Part shown: piece after piece, positions 1 to 13,259 of the stretch
Numbering within the stretch: the first letter of the stretch is position 1
Layout: each line of letters starts with the position of its first letter
From: Marsupella aquatica
Lineage: Eukaryota > Plantae > Marchantiophyta
Direction: 5' to 3'
Assembly: GCA_973895155.1 (NCBI GenBank)
Contig: OZ316894.1
Span: 19,444,805 to 19,508,804 of the forward strand
DNA: 64,000 nucleotides
The notes under the pieces: generated by a model
Databases searched by the model: none
The model's input: only the letters and a program-made list of their open reading frames with translations
Told to the model about the DNA's origin: nothing
Made by a program: the position numbers and the translations under genes

Positions 1-1694
1 TCGTCCACATCACTTCCGTGTATACCCTTGCAACGAAGAAGGCATCTGAACAAAGAGTAATCCTCTTCAGGACAAAACCATGTAGGCGACTCGATGACGA
101 GAGTGGGACGCAATTCTTCACTCTCGTGAAGTACATGCCCATACTGTTCATTCCATTCAGCCAAGTCCAAGTCTGCTGCATACAAAGCTCTTAGTGGCGG
201 ATGTAGGTTTTCCACTGCAAATTGTGAGCTGGGCACCAAGCCACAAACCTGACAACACAAGAAGCATCAACTTAATTAGGATCCACTAGAAAATATTTGC
301 CAAATGTTTCCACATAAAATGTTTGTACTTACAAATAATGTCAAAACTTCTCCACCTTACCCTAAATGCATTTGCCACGTCCTGTTTTTGACAATTTCCA
401 ATCCATGAAAGTGCCCATTCTGCCACCATCTTGGCAGTCGGAACTTTAGGGTTTCTTGCAGTTGTCTGCAAATTTGGATCAATTAAGGCATCTGCAATGT
501 AAGTGTCATATTGTGTTGCAAAATCTGCCTGATAGCTCCGGTTCACTGCAACATCAAGAGGCTGCAAGAGGGAGGTCAAATTCGCTGGTACAACCCGCAC
601 AAACACATTGTAGTCCTCCAGTACCTTTGCATGTGCCTTGGGCCACTTCAAGTGGGGTCCATATGCGTCAATGATGTATAGAGTGGGCTCCCGGTAGAAT
701 TGGGTCTCACCTCGCTTCATCACTATTTCATTGAAGTGTTCCCAACATATCTGTTCATTCCACATACCTGCATAGTATAAAACCCACGATTAGAAAAGAG
801 TTTGTTACTGGCAACCCTAAAAAAGTCATGAAAATTACAAAAGAGAAGCTTAGTTTGCAAGATAATAGATATTGAAAAAAATACACCTGTCTGGTTCACA
901 TCGACAAACACGCCCAACGGGACTTCAGGTTTATTCTTCTTCTTTGAGATGAGGATGTGTGGTCTCAAATGCTTGCCTTCTCCTGTGATGGAAAAAGCTA
1001 TGGTGAATCGTTTATGGTTGGTACCACCCTTTGTCATCATCACCGTCCGAATGCCTCTAGTAGCAATAGTTGACTTTGGCTCAGTCTCATAGTACCGCGG
1101 AACCTGATCCATGTTGATAATGTTTTTGGGCTTAATTTTGTTAGTGTCAATCAATTCTTGGCACTCTTGAATGAATGCCCGACACAAATCAACAGCATTC
1201 TCTGGTAGCTTGCGATCTGTTGCGTGTCTCCTTGACACCAGGTTGTGTCGCTTCTTGAACCTATCCAACCAACCTGTTGACGCTTTAAATGTTGCGAGCT
1301 CCTCATTTGTTGTGTTGGCAGCCATCCTCTCTGCAATCTTCAAGGCCATCTTGGCAATGTACATGTCCTTCACCCTCAATCCCTTCTCATTCCGTGCCAG
1401 GATCCAAGTGTGGAGCTCCTCCTCCATTCCGGGCAGCAATGGTCTCCGTCCACCTCCCCTTAACCGGCGTGATTTCCGTGTTAAGATCTTATCGTCCTTA
1501 AGAGAGGCTTGCAACTCTGCCCTCTTCTCGTACCACCCTCTCAAAGCAGACCGGGGCACTCCAATTTTTTTGCTGAGTGCCACAAAGCCTTGCCCTTTGA
1601 TGTTGGGGTTGTATTCCCGAATCACGTCCAGCTTGAACTTAAGAGAGTAAGTCCGTCGCTTCCCATTAGCTGTCCCACGAGGATGTCTTGCCAT
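1..1694 (-). CDS. pogo-family transposase (N-terminal HTH, CENP-B HTH, DDE_1), 3' end runs off the window
   Basis: Motifs RRTYSLKFKLDVI, FKASTGWLDRFKKRH, IINMDQVP, IIDAYGPH and LLQPLDVAVN. Predicted exons are 1694-887, 767-361 and 248-<1. GT-AG introns 886-768 and 360-249 restore the frame (NQTG|MWNE; AFR|VCGLVP). Confidence 0.85.
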
Positions 1695-1723
1695 AGCTCT
1701 CTAATTCCTGCAAAGGAAAATAA

Positions 1724-1787
1724 GGTCTGTCAATGAATACGGTCTGTCAATGAAATACGGTCTGTCGATGAATACGGTCTGTCAATG
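1724..1787. repeat. ~17-bp tandem repeat x4 (ACGGTCTGTCAATGAAT) just upstream of the pogo transposase ATG
   Basis: Seen directly in the sequence. Confidence 0.85.
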
Positions 1788-4700
1788 CCAGGGGTAGCAA
1801 CCTCCTTCACATAGCACTTTTAACCCTGGCTGCCTACAACAAAACACTCAACAAAGGCATGAAATGAAAGGTGGGAATGGTCGACCCTGGTTGCGACCAT
1901 ACAAGAAGAGGCAGGGGCCTTGAACTTCTCTATAGCAATCGGGACTCCCGGTGTCAATGGTCAAACAAGCAACTTCACAAAATAGTGTTTTTTACCTCGC
2001 CCGGTTTCCTACCGTGTCCGTTGCGATTTCTCCTACTGCCGGATGGACAGCAATTCTGTTAGGGAGAGCTGAATGTCTTCGTGTAATGCTTGTGCTATGG
2101 ACTCCGTGAACTGTATGATCAATTGAGTTATTTTTGGGGTCAGATCATCGTGTTTGGTCATGTACGATGTGTGTTTTTTTGCAGGCAGAGGCTGGAAAGC
2201 ATCTGAACTGAGACTAAAGTCGTGGGACGACCTGCACAAGCTATGGTACGTGTTTCTATAGGAAACGAACATGCTACTTTCACAAAAACAGATGTTGTTG
2301 TTGCAAAGCCTCCGAATGCCAAATCCAGAACGGATGTCAAAGGTAACGGTCTTCCTGTTCATTGGAGTAGTTCATGGAATAATTTCTTGTGTAGAATCTT
2401 GGATATAGATAATTTGGGAATGTAGACTCACCTTACAATGTCTGTCTGTTTCCAGTTGCGTAAGTCAATGTGCCGTTTGAAACAAGTCCTTACAGAAAGA
2501 GCGTTGCAGGTGGAAGATCGACAAAAGCGGAAAATTCTGAAAAAATGATCAATTTGATGTGAGCACTTTGTGCAAGACAACATCGATCACTAAAGGTTTT
2601 TTTTGGAATCCAGGGATTACAATAACCCTCAAGAAAATGGACAACCCTCATCTCCAATCTCCAGTTAGGACGGCCAATCTTTGTAAAATCAGGACACATG
2701 TTTCCTTGCTGCGAAGTTCCGAGATGGTTAATAAGCTCTATTTACAATAATTTGCTATCTTACAGACCATCCACACCTATGAGATTATGTTGCGGGTTCA
2801 AAGCAAAGTCCAACATCGACAGCAAAAGCTTCACCAATCTCAGCGCAAGCAACAACTTCAAGCGCAGCAGTCCGTCGAAGCACAGACGGTAAGAGCATGA
2901 TGAGCAGCTGCTTCTCGTCAACTTCTCGTGAACTTAAATTAACGTTCTTCCCAGAGTATCAGTTCGATGTGAGCACTTTGTGCAAGACAACATCGATCAC
3001 AAAAGGTTTTTTTTGGAATCTAGTTTCCTGTCACTCGTAAAGCTAGAAAGAAAGCAAATCACCATAAGCATATCAGGAGTTACTATGGAATACTACTGTC
3101 ATCCGGATCGGTCAAGTTCGTCATATACTATCGACTATCGATTGTGGGCTGTCGACCATGAAGAGAAATGAATGTAAGAAAGTGGCAGAGTCGACAGTCA
3201 ATGAGTATGATTCAATAGAATTGAAACTTTGCACAAGAATGAGTTGTCGTGCACTGACCCGTTTTCATCCTTCACTCTTAGTTGATGTTCTGAGCCAGGA
3301 AGGAGGAAGTCGAACGCGTGAGGAGCCAACGACAAGGACCTCAAGGCCTCTGATCCTTGCTGCAACAAAGAAATTCATGGAGGCATTAATCTCAATCAAG
3401 TAACCTTAACATGAGTGAGCTAACAATTGACAGTTTGTTTCTATTTGACTGAAGTTTCTTCACTTACCCTCCCGTTGCAGCTCTTTGGTTTGCCTTCTGT
3501 CCATAGCCAAAGCCTCCCGAGTTCCCAATGTTTGCTCAAGGCACCAACTCGATTTTGTGATGGACCGAGAATGGTGGGATGTTTTGTCTATTTTCATACT
3601 TTGTCTCTTTTGGAGCAATTTCCTAATTTGTAGCATAAATCGATCATAGTGCCCCTTCTAAAAGTGGCGGGGACAACTGTGCAAGGCGCGCCTCATTGTT
3701 CATTTCTCATCTTTTGTAAGGCTTTCTTGCTTGCTGGTAGCGATGGCAGAGAAGAGTTCAAAGGCAGAGATTGATGTGGTGGCAGAGATGGAGTCTGTGG
3801 CAGCCATAGAGTCATTGGTGGCAGACATTGAGTCCATTCATGAGAATGCGATTGAGGCGACCACTCAAATGGAGGAAAATTGCACTAAGCTGGAGCCAAA
3901 CGCTGAGGCAGACGTCAAAGCTGAGATGGATGCACTGACTCATGCACTTGCCAAGACTCGAGACACATTCGAGGGCATGTATGTACAGACTGTTGATTCC
4001 TGATGAATTCAGCCCAGGCCGATTTGATTTATTGAAGCGATGATTTGTCCAGTGTGGAGGTTCAATTTGTTACCGGTTTAGTTCAATGACGACTCATGTG
4101 ATTGCCAAGAATTGGCAGACGATTTTGGCAAAGTATGAATGGGGGACTGTGGAGTTTTACTACTGGAGTGGGAGAGTGAAGTTTGTCAGCTTTAATTGGG
4201 TCAGTGCATGTCTCTCTGTGAGGAAGCCGGTACCCACAGAAGATTTTGATTTGTATCTTTTGGATAGCTTCACGGAGTTCTCTCCATCACCACAGCCAAC
4301 CAAGAAAGCCAGGAGAATCAATGTTCTATTGCCAAAAGGCAAGGCTATCACAAATTTGGTAAATCGCTTTGCAGGAGATAAGTTAAAGTAAGAGAGTAGA
4401 TTGAGGATCATAGTTTGATTTGTGCCACAGTGCGATTGCGCCTGGATGTATTGATTTGCACACCTATATAAAGTTCCAAAGTGCCATGTAATTTAATGGA
4501 GTATGTCTGGGCCATACTATCGTTCGCAACATTTTTGAAAAGCTGTGAGAGTTGTCGAGAGCTTCTATTTGCTTCCACAGCGCCCTAACTGTCGAGACGT
4601 TTTTGTTGCTGTCACAGTGCCCTCACTCGAACATCCTGTCCACTATGAACACTTTGATTGTAAAGGAACTTACACGCGAAAATGGTCCCTCACTCGAACA

Positions 4701-5734
4701 TGCAACTTAGTCCCTCACTCAACATGAACGGTCCCCCGAACACCGCGACATCCCCCCCGAACATAGCGACATCCCCGAACACAGAGCCAAGTTCGAACAC
4801 AGCGCCCGGGCGTTGTGTAAAAGTGACGCTGTATTCGAATAAAATGAACTTTTTTACACCAGGACCCAAAAATTGAAACTTTCGAACACAGCGCCTGGGC
4901 GCTGTGTTTGGGGGAAGACGGTAGGTAAGTGTGGAGGGTTGTTTTTGCAAAGCAATGACACATTTTTGTTGGGGGTGTCTCTGTAGGGCTTCAATTGAAT
5001 GTTTTCTGCCCAACTCCCTTGCCATATAGCATACTCATCCTAGAACATGAAAAGTTATTTTGTCCTCTAGCAAAAAGGTTAAGTTTTTTAGTGAAATACA
5101 AGTGATCTATTTTTTTGTGGCAAATATAAATAGGACATTGATTAGGAAGCGTGACATTGAAAAGTTGTGCACATGATAAGGTACAAGAATAAAAGTACAC
5201 ATGTAAAGAAAAGTAATAATGAACAGGAAAAATTTAAGTCTATGGTATTGGATTCTTCACATACTATACACCAGTAAAGATACTTATGTACTTATGTACT
5301 TATCTTAGGTAATGACACTCAAATGAATTAAAACCATAAATTTAGGATACAAAACCATGAGTAGAACTTAAAGACATGAGAAGTGCACTTTAATTAGATC
5401 ATTTCTTCACTAAGGGCTAGAACTTCCGTGAGCTTTGTTAAAAGGTGGATGATCAAAAGTATATCAAAGATTGAAAAATTTAGAGGGGTGCCAGATTAAA
5501 TTCAAAATCTAAAGTATACAAGGGATGCACCTTGGTAAGACACATTGAATTAAAATACACAAGAAAAGAAATTCGAATAAGACAAAATACTGGAAGATGG
5601 ATTCACCATATAGCAGTCTCATTCTGGAAATACAGCAGTCTCATTCTGGAAATACTGAAGAATTCGGCTCCCTCACCATGGCAGCCTAGCTTCTAATAAT
5701 CTGAACTGCCCTTGCTCTAACTTTTCTAAGTTTG

Positions 5735-6023
5735 GCTCGTCCTTGCCCTCACTGTCTCCCCAACTAGCACCACCTGCCGGACCACTACTACTACTACTTA
5801 TGCATGTTCTTCAAGGAAGGACAGTATACGCTCGTCCTTGCCCTCACTGTCTCCCCAACTAGCACCACCTGCCGGACCACTACTACTACTACTACTTATG
5901 CATGTTCTTCAAGGAAGGACACTATACGCTCGTCCTTGCCCTCACTGTCTCCCCAACTAGCACCACCTACCGGACCACTACTACTACTACTTATGCATGT
6001 TCTTCAAGGAAGGACACTATACG
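5735..6023. repeat. ~95-bp tandem repeat x3 with an internal (CTA)n microsatellite
   Basis: Units start at ~5735, 5830 and 5928 (GCTCGTCCTTGCCCTCACTG...) and are near-identical. Confidence 0.9.
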
Positions 6024-6458
6024 AGGGACTGGGGGTCCCTACTGGGATAAACTGGTGGCACTAGCTGCGAGAATGGGGTCTACCAAGCAAAGGTTTAGAG
6101 TTTCCTTCCTTTTAGCTTTGTTTATCTTGTAACCAAGAGGGATTTAGTTGAAAATGAAGCCCAGATAGACCTCTAGATTTGTAAAAATTGTCTTTAACTC
6201 AGTAGATTGCCACCTTTCTTCCTCTGATATCACAACGTGCCATCATTTTTTGTTTATTAGCTACAATGCCACCTGTTTCAGCCTCTGGTTTACTTAACCA
6301 CCCCCTTAACCACAGGTCATCCAACTGTGCAGGGCAATACTTGGATGTGAATCGGGTGGCACACCTCGCCCCCAGTTCAAACCTCCATTGTCCCTCACCA
6401 AGGCTAACCCAGCCGCTGCCTACATACCTCCCTCCCAAGTCCTACCTGTCTGGTCTTA

Positions 6459-6758
6459 GGACTGTCTTGCATGTGCAAGAGTCCTGAAAACTGCGGCCCT
6501 TACCAAGCCACAGATGTCGGGGAAAAGTTAAAACCAAATGTTTTGTTTTATTACATTTTAAAGGTTCGGGACCTCAAGGGCCTGAAATTTTCCGGCCCTT
6601 GCCCTAGGCTTGTATCTCCACAAAAGAAGCCATCAGGACTGCCGCCCTCTCGCTGCCTCAACTCATGACACGACTGCCGCCCTCTCGCTGCCTCAACTCA
6701 TGACACGAGTTCATTTTAGGGCCGACGTGCAAAGGACCAAAGACATGCAAGACAGCCC
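6459..6758. mobile_element. PIF/Harbinger (Tourist-like) MITE, 300 bp
   Basis: 16-bp TIR GGACTGTCTTGCATGT / ACATGCAAGACAGCCC (1 mismatch) with TTA on both sides (6456-6458, 6759-6761). Internal 35-bp duplication at ~6637-6706. Confidence 0.8.
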
Positions 6759-7328
6759 TTAAGCCCTCCACATTGAGCCTCAATTTCCTATGAGAAAACA
6801 AGGCCCAATGTTCCAGCTTTTTTTACTTCTTCGGATGTGCTTAAGACATTGTGCCCTTTCCCCTCTTTTTCTCCCCTTCATTGGGGGTTGCTTTTCCTTC
6901 TTCGGCGTTTTTTTGCCCTTGGGCACTGTGATATATACCTCATTGCTGCCCAAAGTGGACATACCTCATTGTTGCCCAAAGTCGACGTGACCTCCCCCAC
7001 TTGCAGGAGGTCGATCGACCTTGCTGCTCCCTTGATCAGCCTCACGTACTGCTCCCTCGATCGACATTGCTGCGCCCTGGATGGACCTCGCTGCTCCCTT
7101 GATCGAGAAGAGGAAGTATCTAGAAGGAGGACAAACCCCCCTCCATTTTGTCGACTGTCTGGTTCCTTTTCCAGTTTATTTTGGTCTCTTCCTTGCTTTG
7201 GTTCCTTCCAGTCCTCAGTTTCGTTTCGGGGTTTTGCCTGTGTGGCGTCACCTTGGAGCGTGCTTAACCTGTCTCCATTGCATTAGACAGTCTACGTTTC
7301 TCACCTCACCTTGCATTGGAGTCTATCA

Positions 7329-7616
7329 TGTTGGAGTTCTATTGTCGTTAGGACATTACGCCCACCTTCTCTTGCTCTGATTACTGCATAAATTTAGGAG
7401 TAATTACTAGCCGTATATGACACTGTCGTCCTTGCTTTAGTAGTATGGGACAAGGTCTGAGTTGGCCCTTGTCACGTTGCATTGACCTTGTGTGTGATAG
7501 ACCATATTATCAGGAGCTTATCTCCGCTTGGACTCATGCGGGCTGTGTGCCGGTCTCTCTCATGTATTTATCTCCCTCTCCTCTGTGAGATTATCAAGTT
7601 GTTTAAAACTTCAACA
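7329..7616 (+). repeat. 5' LTR of copia element 1
   Basis: Direct repeat of 13260-13547, followed by a tRNA-iMet PBS. Confidence 0.97.
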
Positions 7617-7660
7617 TGGTATCAGAGCCATAATCTAATACCTAGTAGAAGCCAGTCACC

Positions 7661-10600
7661 ATGTCTTCTAATGTTACCAAAATCTCATTCCTTGAGAGTG
7701 ACAAGCTAGTGGGTGCTGCGAACTACATGGTTTGGGCATTCCTGGTAGAACAGATCCTTCGTGAGAAAGGTCTATGGGAAATCGTTCGACCTCTGATTGT
7801 TCAGGTAACTTCTCAGACATCACAGGCTGGCTCTGCTGCTGCCAACGTAGGTGGTACACCTCAGGCCGGTGCAAGCTTGTCTAGCACCTCAGTCAACAGC
7901 GGATCTGGATCTCAACCAGTCTCTCGGGCTCCAAGCCAGAAAGACAAAGACCGAGCCATCATCATCATCTCTAAGACTGTAAGTGCTCCAATTGTTCCAA
8001 TCGTCATGCGTCTACGTGAAGATCCCGCGAAGCTGTGGGTCACACTCAAGAAAAAATACGAATCTGCAGCTCTCTCACGTAAGCTTGCTCTCAAGACTGC
8101 TCTTGCTGCATCAAAAATGAAAGAAGGGACCTCCGTTCAGGAATACCTACACAGCATTGAACGCCAGGTTGCTCAGCTCGGCTGCGTAGGAGAGTCAGTC
8201 CCTGATAAGGAACTAATCACGATTGTGCTCAGGAATTTTCCCGACAGTTGGTATAACTTTGTTGCTGTCTACGGAGTCATGTTTTCAAAGGAAACCCCAG
8301 ATGCTAGTTTTGCAGACCTGGAGGAATACTTGCATGCGGAAGATGCACGCCAAAGAGCTCGCTCGGAAGAGCACTCATTCACTGCTATAGCATACGAACG
8401 ACGGCCTATTCAGACTACTAGATACACTCGTGGAAGGGGTCGAGGACGCAGCACCCGTGGGCGACACCAACACGGACCTGACAGGCGCATCAAACCATGC
8501 AGCCACTGTGGAAGACGAGGGCACCTTGAGTTAGACTGCTTTATTAAGCATGCCGACACAGGGATGCGGTCCCTGACAGTCTCCCAGCAATGAGAAATCA
8601 CTCAGCGCATCAAAGATCTCCAAGCAGACAGCTCCAAGGCATATGCAGCTGAAGAAGAACCTGATGACGGCGAATACCTTACAGGCTTAGATAGTGAGAA
8701 CAAATCTGGTCTCACTATGGAGGCTATGCTCAGCGAATTTGAACCTTGAGAATCCGAGCGTCAAACCTGGATCCTGGATAGCGGCGCATCTACTCATATG
8801 AGTCATGATGTGAAAAACTTTTCTACCATTAAAGGCAATTCTCCCACCTCCAATGTTGTTACCGCTAGCGGCACAAAAATGCCAGTGTCTGGATCAGGAT
8901 GTATTCCTATTTCTCGCAATAAAACAATTTCTGATGTTTTGTACATCCCGAGTATCACTAGAAATCTACTATCTATCGGCAAACTTGCCGATCAGGGTCA
9001 TTCTGTGCTGTTCGACTCTAAGTGCTGTTACATAATGGACAATCGTAGTCCTAAATTAGTTCTTCTCAGAGGATACCGTGATCCAGCCAATAAGCTATAC
9101 AAGCTTACTGTTCCCAACATTTTGCCAGACACTAGTCTCCGACGCACTTCTGTGCTACCACATCCCAACATCGCCGCTCAGTGTCACATAGTCGAAGGTC
9201 CCCACTCGGTGGCACAATGGTGGCATCAACGACTGGGGCACTCCAGCTACCAGCGTCTCAGCCACATGACAAAGCATGGACTTGTTCTTGGAGTTCCACA
9301 CCTATCATCGTCGAAGGATATTTGTGAAATTTGTGTCAAAGGCAAACAAACTCGAAACCGCATTCCAAAAGTAGCAATTCACCGTGCAACTCGACCACTG
9401 CAGCTAGTTCATACGGACCTCTGCGGTCCACTCCCTACTTCCTCCTTGTTTGGTTCCAGGTATTTCATTACATTCACCGATGATTATTCCCGGTACTCCT
9501 GGGTCTACTTCCTCAAGTACAAGAGTGAAGCCCTGGAAAAATTTAAGTTCTTCAAAACTCAGACTGAGACAGCACTGCGTTGCAAAATTGCTTGTCTTCG
9601 GAGCGACCGAGGGGGAGAATATGTGTCTGCTCTATTCAACCAATTTTGTCAAGACAACGGCATCAGGCGACAACTCACGGTCGCCAAAACTCCTCACCAA
9701 AATGGTGTCTCAGAAAGGAAAAACCGTACCCTTCTAGACATGGTGCGTAGCATGTCCATTGGATCTAATGCTCCAGAATTTCTTTGGGAAGAATACGTTT
9801 GGGCTGCAAACTTCATCAACAACAGGTGCAGCACTCGTGCTCTAAATTTGGCTACTCCATTTGAATGTATAACCAGAAACAAACCAAACGTAGGGCATTT
9901 TTGAGTGATAGGTTGTACTGCTTACATTCATGTTCCCAAAGATATGCGGAATAAACTAGAAGAAATCTATCAAGACAGTTCTTGTTGGCTACGATGATCA
10001 AAGCAAGGCCTATAGATGCTTTGATCCCACAACTCGAAAAATCATCATCTCTAGAGATGTAATATTTGACGAAGGTACTCTAGGAGATTTCTTGTCTCCA
10101 TCTACTTCTACACAAGAAACACTCTTTGATCTATTTTCTGATGACGATCACATGGAGACACAGTCCCAACCTGACACATCAGATCCAACCGCTTACCCTC
10201 TTGATGACTTTCTCGATCAAGAGGCCGTGACTCAAGCACCCAGGGATCCTGATCCAAGCTCCCCCGGAGAACTCACGGCACCAATTATCGCTTCAGTACC
10301 AGAGGATCAACCTCCACTGTCAGTACCGAGGCAAGTTTGCAGAGCTCGTCAAAGACTTCTTCAATGCACCAGGCCTTCCTCAGGGAGACTTACTTCTCAT
10401 CCATACAAATACTCTGATTTTCACGTGACTTATTCTGCTGAAAAGATAGAGTTTTGTACAGCACTACTTGCGAACTCTGCTACAGACGTTCAGCTTCAAC
10501 AGGCACTATCAGATCCTCTTTGGCTTGCTGCCATGCAAACCGAGATGAACGCTCATGACAAGAATCACACATGGGATCTTGTACCTCTTCCCTCCGGGGA

Positions 10601-12559
10601 GAAGCACTATCTGCTCGATGGGTCCTTCGGGAAAAAATTGACCATGCAGGCAACAACAAGCTTAAAGCTAGAGTCGTGGCTAGAGGGAATGAGCAACGAG
10701 AAGGGATTGACTACGAAGAAACCTTTGCGCCAGTGGTAAAGTGGTCCACTGTTCGGCTGATCGTAGCTCTCGCTGCCACCTTTGGTTGGAGCTTAACTCA
10801 CATGGATGTTGTTACAGTCTTCTTAAATGGAACTCTAAAAGAGACCATTTTTATGCACCAGCCACCGGGTTTCTCAAAGATTGGTCAAGAAGACTTGGTT
10901 TGCAAACTTCGTAAGTCGATATACGGGCTCAAACAAAGTCCACGTCCCGGGTATGCAACTCCCCTTTTTATAAGACAAGTTTTTAATTCCTTATAATGGC
11001 CTTATATCCAATTGACCATCTTAGATTTCATTTTAGTCTACTAAAGTCTTGTACCTCTCAACTCAACAAATCCAAAAATGTAACTTAAAAAAATAAACAA
11101 ACATGATTTGATGTAAAAAAGTTGATCAAAACCAAATTATATGGGTTTTTTTTAATACAGGGGTCTACAGCCAAACTAGCCAGCTTTTTAAGATTTTTAT
11201 TAAGATTTTTATTTTATTTTAATAAAAATTACAACATGTATAGGAATATTTTTTAATTTCATATGGAAAAAGAAGAAAACCAAACCTTTTATATGACTTG
11301 AAAATTTTTAAACGTGTAAAATTTTAATTATTTTGTATAGCCAACTTTTTAGTCCATATAAAAATGTAGACCCATGTCTATTATATAAGAGTTGCGTACC
11401 CGGGTCCACGTGCGTGGTATGAGGAAGTAGATTCCTTCCTGAGGTCCATTGGATGTAGGCGCAGCGCTCTTGATCCCAACTTATACCTGAAGCAGGAAAA
11501 TGGTAAAACGGCCATTATCCTTCTATTTGTTGATGACTTGCTAATCACTGGAGATGGCTCCAACCTGATTACTGATTTACAGCTGCAGCTCAAATCTAAG
11601 TACGAGATGAAGGACCTGGGAACTGTCAAACGCTACCTTGGAATTGACTTCGTCACCACCAATCAAGGCATATTGCTTCATCAAAAGCCCTATGCAGATC
11701 AACTTGTACTCGACTACGGCATGGATAATTGCCGACCCATAAGCACTCCACTGCCCGAAGGACTGGAACTCTCCTCGGAGACCCACACTCTCAGTGTAGA
11801 CGTTACCACTTACTGCCAACTGGTAGGCAAGCTCATTTATCTCACAAATACTCGGCCAGATATTTTATTTTCTGTTGGTCTAGTAAGTCGATTTATGACA
11901 CATCCTCAGCAAGCACATTTTGATGCTGCTATGCATATTGTTCGATACACTAGCAGTACAACCGACCTGGGCATATTCTATAGACGTGGAGCATCACTAC
12001 AACTCCATGGATTTACCGACTCCGATTGGGGGAATTCCTGCCCCGACACAAGAAGATCCACTGGAGGATACGTCTACAAATTGGCAGACGGCCCAATAAC
12101 TTGGAGCAGCAAACGGCAACCAACGGTATCTCGATCTACCACCGAAAATACAAGGCATTATCTGATGGTGCCCAAGAAGGAGTCTACCTTAAACGTCTAA
12201 TACAGGAACTGCAGCAAGTCGACATCCCTGCATCTATCCTCAAGTGCACCAGCCTGCAAATCGCCACCGACCTCAGCGAAGCATTAATGCCTACTCAACA
12301 AGACCTTCACCTTCACTACGATAACATGAGTGCCATTACGCTTGCCAAAAATCCAGTATTTCATGCACGCACTAAACACTTGGAAATTCACCATCACTTT
12401 GTTCGGGAGAGAGTTCTAGAGGGGGAATTATCAATTCGACACGTCAAGTCTGAAGATCAGACGGCAGACATCTTCACAAAAGTCCTTACTCGGCACAAAT
12501 TTGAGAGAAATAGAGCACAACTAGGTATGAAATCTGTGATGCAACTGCAATCACTTTGA
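7661..12559 (+). pseudogene. copia gag-pol polyprotein with stops, frameshifts and a MITE insertion
   Basis: gag with zinc knuckle CSHCGRRGHLELDC; protease WILDSGASTHM; integrase HQRLGH..CEIC, VHTDLCGP, LRSDRGGEY; RT KARVVARG, YGLKQSPR|AWY, LFVDDLLI; RNase H FTDSDW, KHLEIHHHFVRE. In-frame TGA at 9902 (expected Arg) and several frameshifts. Confidence 0.93.
10946..11404. mobile_element. AT-rich MITE (~459 bp) inserted in the copia RT
   Basis: TIR CCCGGGTATGCAACTC / GAGTTGCGTACCCGGG and duplicated target TCCACGT (10939-10945, 11405-11411). Removing it restores the RT motif KQSPRAWY. Confidence 0.9.
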
Positions 12560-12644
12560 TCCTCGTTCTTATAACGGTGAATACATCGTAATCAGTTTCC
12601 CATACAATAGAGTAAGGAGTCCTACTCAACTAGTCTGCTACACC

Positions 12645-13019
12645 TCAACGAAGTCTAACACTTTCACGGACTAGATAAATCTCTGCCTCCTGACGTGACC
12701 GAAAGGATTTAAATCGGTTTCCTCTAAAACCGCTTACTAGTGGCTCCACTTCTTCCCATGTAGTGTATATCCCAGGACGGCGCCCTCGAGCAATGGCATA
12801 GTAACGACGAGGCGGCTCTATGCTGCTCCTCACCACATCGTCTGCATATGCTCGAACCACGTTATACTCACTGCCTCCACTGGAGACTGGTACTCCCAGT
12901 GCTACAGGACCGATCGGTCTCTCATCAACTTCACTCACGTGACCATCTGCTACATCAAGCATTGTTGCGTCTGCAGTAGGTCCTCTCTGTCGACCTCGGT
13001 GCAATACATCACGCAACAT
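12645..13019 (-). CDS. Antisense ORF in the copia 3' region encoding an RNase H1 N-terminal hybrid-binding (caulimovirus viroplasmin VI-like) domain
   Basis: RRYYAIARGRRPGIYTTWEEVEPLVSGFRGNRFKSFRSRQEAEIYL matches the YYAVxxGRxxGIYxxWxExxxxVxGFxGxxFKSFxxxxEAxxYL signature. It lies between the RNase H stop and the PPT. Confidence 0.8.
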   Translation of the reverse strand: MLRDVLHRGRQRGPTADATMLDVADGHVSEVDERPIGPVALGVPVSSGGSEYNVVRAYADDVVRSSIEPPRRYYAIARGRRPGIYTTWEEVEPLVSGFRGNRFKSFRSRQEAEIYLVRESVRLR

Positions 13020-13259
13020 TCATGCAAAGGAGGCAAATGAAGTCCAACATTGCCAACAGCAGCACCAGTCCCGACTCACGTAGTGTCATGGCGTTCTGAT
13101 CCATCACGATCTCTAACTCTTCGGGATCTCACGTTCTTGTTGCATGACACTCACCTTGGCTTCCGCTCCAGTCATAGACCTACCTGATATATGTTCGTTC
13201 ACATCTTGCGTGTCTCTGATCAGATTGTCTCATCTGAGTAAGATGTGGTCGAGAGGGGG

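Larger units (their letters stand above)
1..4921 (-). mobile_element. pogo/Tigger-type (Tc1/mariner superfamily) DNA transposon, other end outside the window
   Basis: Transposase at 1-1694. The terminus ...GGGGAAGACGG|TA at 4921-4923 reads TA|CCGTCTTCCCCCAAACACAGCGC on the minus strand, a pogo-like TIR with a TA target site. Repeated subterminal palindromes CGAACACAGCGCC(C/T)GGGCG(T/C)TGTGT lie at ~4794 and ~4883. Confidence 0.7.
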
